From Candidatus Woesearchaeota archaeon (GTDB taxonomy: Archaea > Nanobdellota > Nanobdellia > Pacearchaeales > GW2011-AR1), in assembly GCA_964362025.1 (NCBI GenBank), contig CAYICW010000004.1, forward strand, positions 1-13,897: 13,897 nt of DNA. The letters are read 5' to 3'. Of the stretch, positions 13,007-13,897 are shown one piece after another. Every line of letters starts with the position of its first letter. Position 1 is the first letter of the stretch. Position numbers and translations under genes: made by a program. The notes under the pieces are model-generated. The model had not been told where the DNA came from and ran no database searches. It was given only the letters and a program-made list of their open reading frames with translations.

Positions 13007-13897
13007 ATGGAAAAATTCAAGAAATTGGGCTTGAGTGAAGAGCTTTTGAAATTACTAGAAAAAGCAAACTTCAGCGAGCCAAGCGAAATACAGGAGAAAG
13101 TAATTCCTTTAATCTTAGAAGGAAAGGATGTTATCGGCGGCTCTGCCACGGGGAGCGGAAAAACCCTTGCATTTGGGGCGGGAATTATAGAAAAAACTAT
13201 TCCTGGAAGAGGCTCGCAGGTTTTGATTCTGGTTCCAACAAGAGAGTTGGCTGAACAGGTAGGCAATGTATTCATAAGATTTTCAGGCTACAGGCAATTA
13301 AATGTTGCAATTGTTTATGGGGGAGTAAACATAAGCAATCAGATAAAATCATTAAGGAATTCGGAGATTATTGTTGGAACTCCGGGAAGAATTCTTGACC
13401 ATCTTGAAAGAGGCACAATAAATTTTTCACATATAAAAGTATTAGTTTTAGATGAGGCTGACAGAATGCTGGACATGGGATTTATATATGATGTTGAAAA
13501 GATAATAAGAAATTGTCCGAAGGAAAGGCAAACTCTTTTGTTCTCTGCCACAATCTCCCCAGAAATAGAGGATATCGCCAGCAAGCACATGCGAAATCCA
13601 AAAAGCATTTCTGTTGAGTCATATGTTGATGCTGAAAAATTGAAGCAGATTTATTATGATGTTCCTAATAATCTAAAATTTTCCCTTCTTGTGCATTTGC
13701 TTCAAAAAGAAAAATACGGGCTGGTGATGGTATTTTGCAACACAAGGCATAATACAAACTTTATCGGCAATAACCTGAAGAATTTAGGAATAGACACATT
13801 GGTTATACACGGGGGACTGACGCAGAATAAAAGAAACGGCATCATGGAAAAATTCAATGAAAATAAAGTTTATGTTCTTGTATGCACTGATATTGCC
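13007..13897 (+). CDS. DEAD-box ATP-dependent RNA helicase, N-terminal 297 codons (runs off the right edge of the window)
   Basis: Manual translation from the ATG at 13007 is open to the window end. Motifs found: Q motif (F.EPSEIQ), I (ATGSGKT), Ia (PTRELA), Ib (TPGR), II (DEAD), III (SAT), IV (MVFCNT) and the start of V (TDIA). It is absent from the ORF track because it has no stop inside the window. Confidence 0.93.
   Translation, partial: MEKFKKLGLSEELLKLLEKANFSEPSEIQEKVIPLILEGKDVIGGSATGSGKTLAFGAGIIEKTIPGRGSQVLILVPTRELAEQVGNVFIRFSGYRQLNVAIVYGGVNISNQIKSLRNSEIIVGTPGRILDHLERGTINFSHIKVLVLDEADRMLDMGFIYDVEKIIRNCPKERQTLLFSATISPEIEDIASKHMRNPKSISVESYVDAEKLKQIYYDVPNNLKFSLLVHLLQKEKYGLVMVFCNTRHNTNFIGNNLKNLGIDTLVIHGGLTQNKRNGIMEKFNENKVYVLVCTDIA

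Noticed and set aside
13000-13608. Minus-strand ORFs 13000-13275 and 13339-13608
   Set aside because: They are antisense to the DEAD-box helicase gene, whose motifs Q, I, Ia, II, III and IV are all present in order on the plus strand.
1-13897. Possibility that the contig is bacterial, prompted by the OMP-like barrel, the AxA signal peptide and the VapBC pair
   Set aside because: The thermosome, the BHB-type tRNA intron at 37/38, the C1-G72 tRNA-Tyr, the TATA/BRE promoters with leaderless spacing and the oligo-T termination all point to Archaea. A chimeric assembly cannot be excluded from sequence alone, but composition and promoter motifs look uniform across the window.

Overview
AT-rich chromosomal segment that is clearly archaeal. 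It carries a group II chaperonin (thermosome), a tRNA-Tyr with the archaeal C1-G72 identity pair, and a long intron at the canonical 37/38 site that folds into a bulge-helix-bulge-like motif. Promoters are BRE/TATA type and sit about 22-30 nt upstream of first-gene ATGs, so these mRNAs are leaderless or nearly so. Genes internal to operons have GGAGG-type Shine-Dalgarno (SD) sites. The small tightly packed genes and the many secreted or surface proteins suggest a small-genome DPANN-like archaeon, but that is inference only. Housekeeping genes: trxB (5' part), thermosome, a CBS-pair protein, tRNA-Tyr and a DEAD-box helicase (5' part). Accessory content: (1) a four-gene, SD-coupled surface-protein operon at 824-4906. 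Its first product ends in a bacterial-OMP-like 8-strand beta-barrel domain with a terminal Phe beta-signal, and its third is an Ig-repeat adhesin. (2) A VapBC (AbrB/PIN) toxin-antitoxin pair. (3) An unknown 108-aa ORF joined to the thermosome gene by an ATGA overlap. (4) A perfect 51-bp tandem duplication that copies the 3' end of a gene. (5) A bitopic beta-sandwich membrane protein. (6) A class I SAM methyltransferase broken by two +1 frameshifts. (7) Two tiny overlapping ORFs behind a consensus promoter. (8) A membrane-anchored metzincin protease. No CRISPR array, rRNA or transposase was seen. All functional calls come from reading motifs by eye, with no database search.
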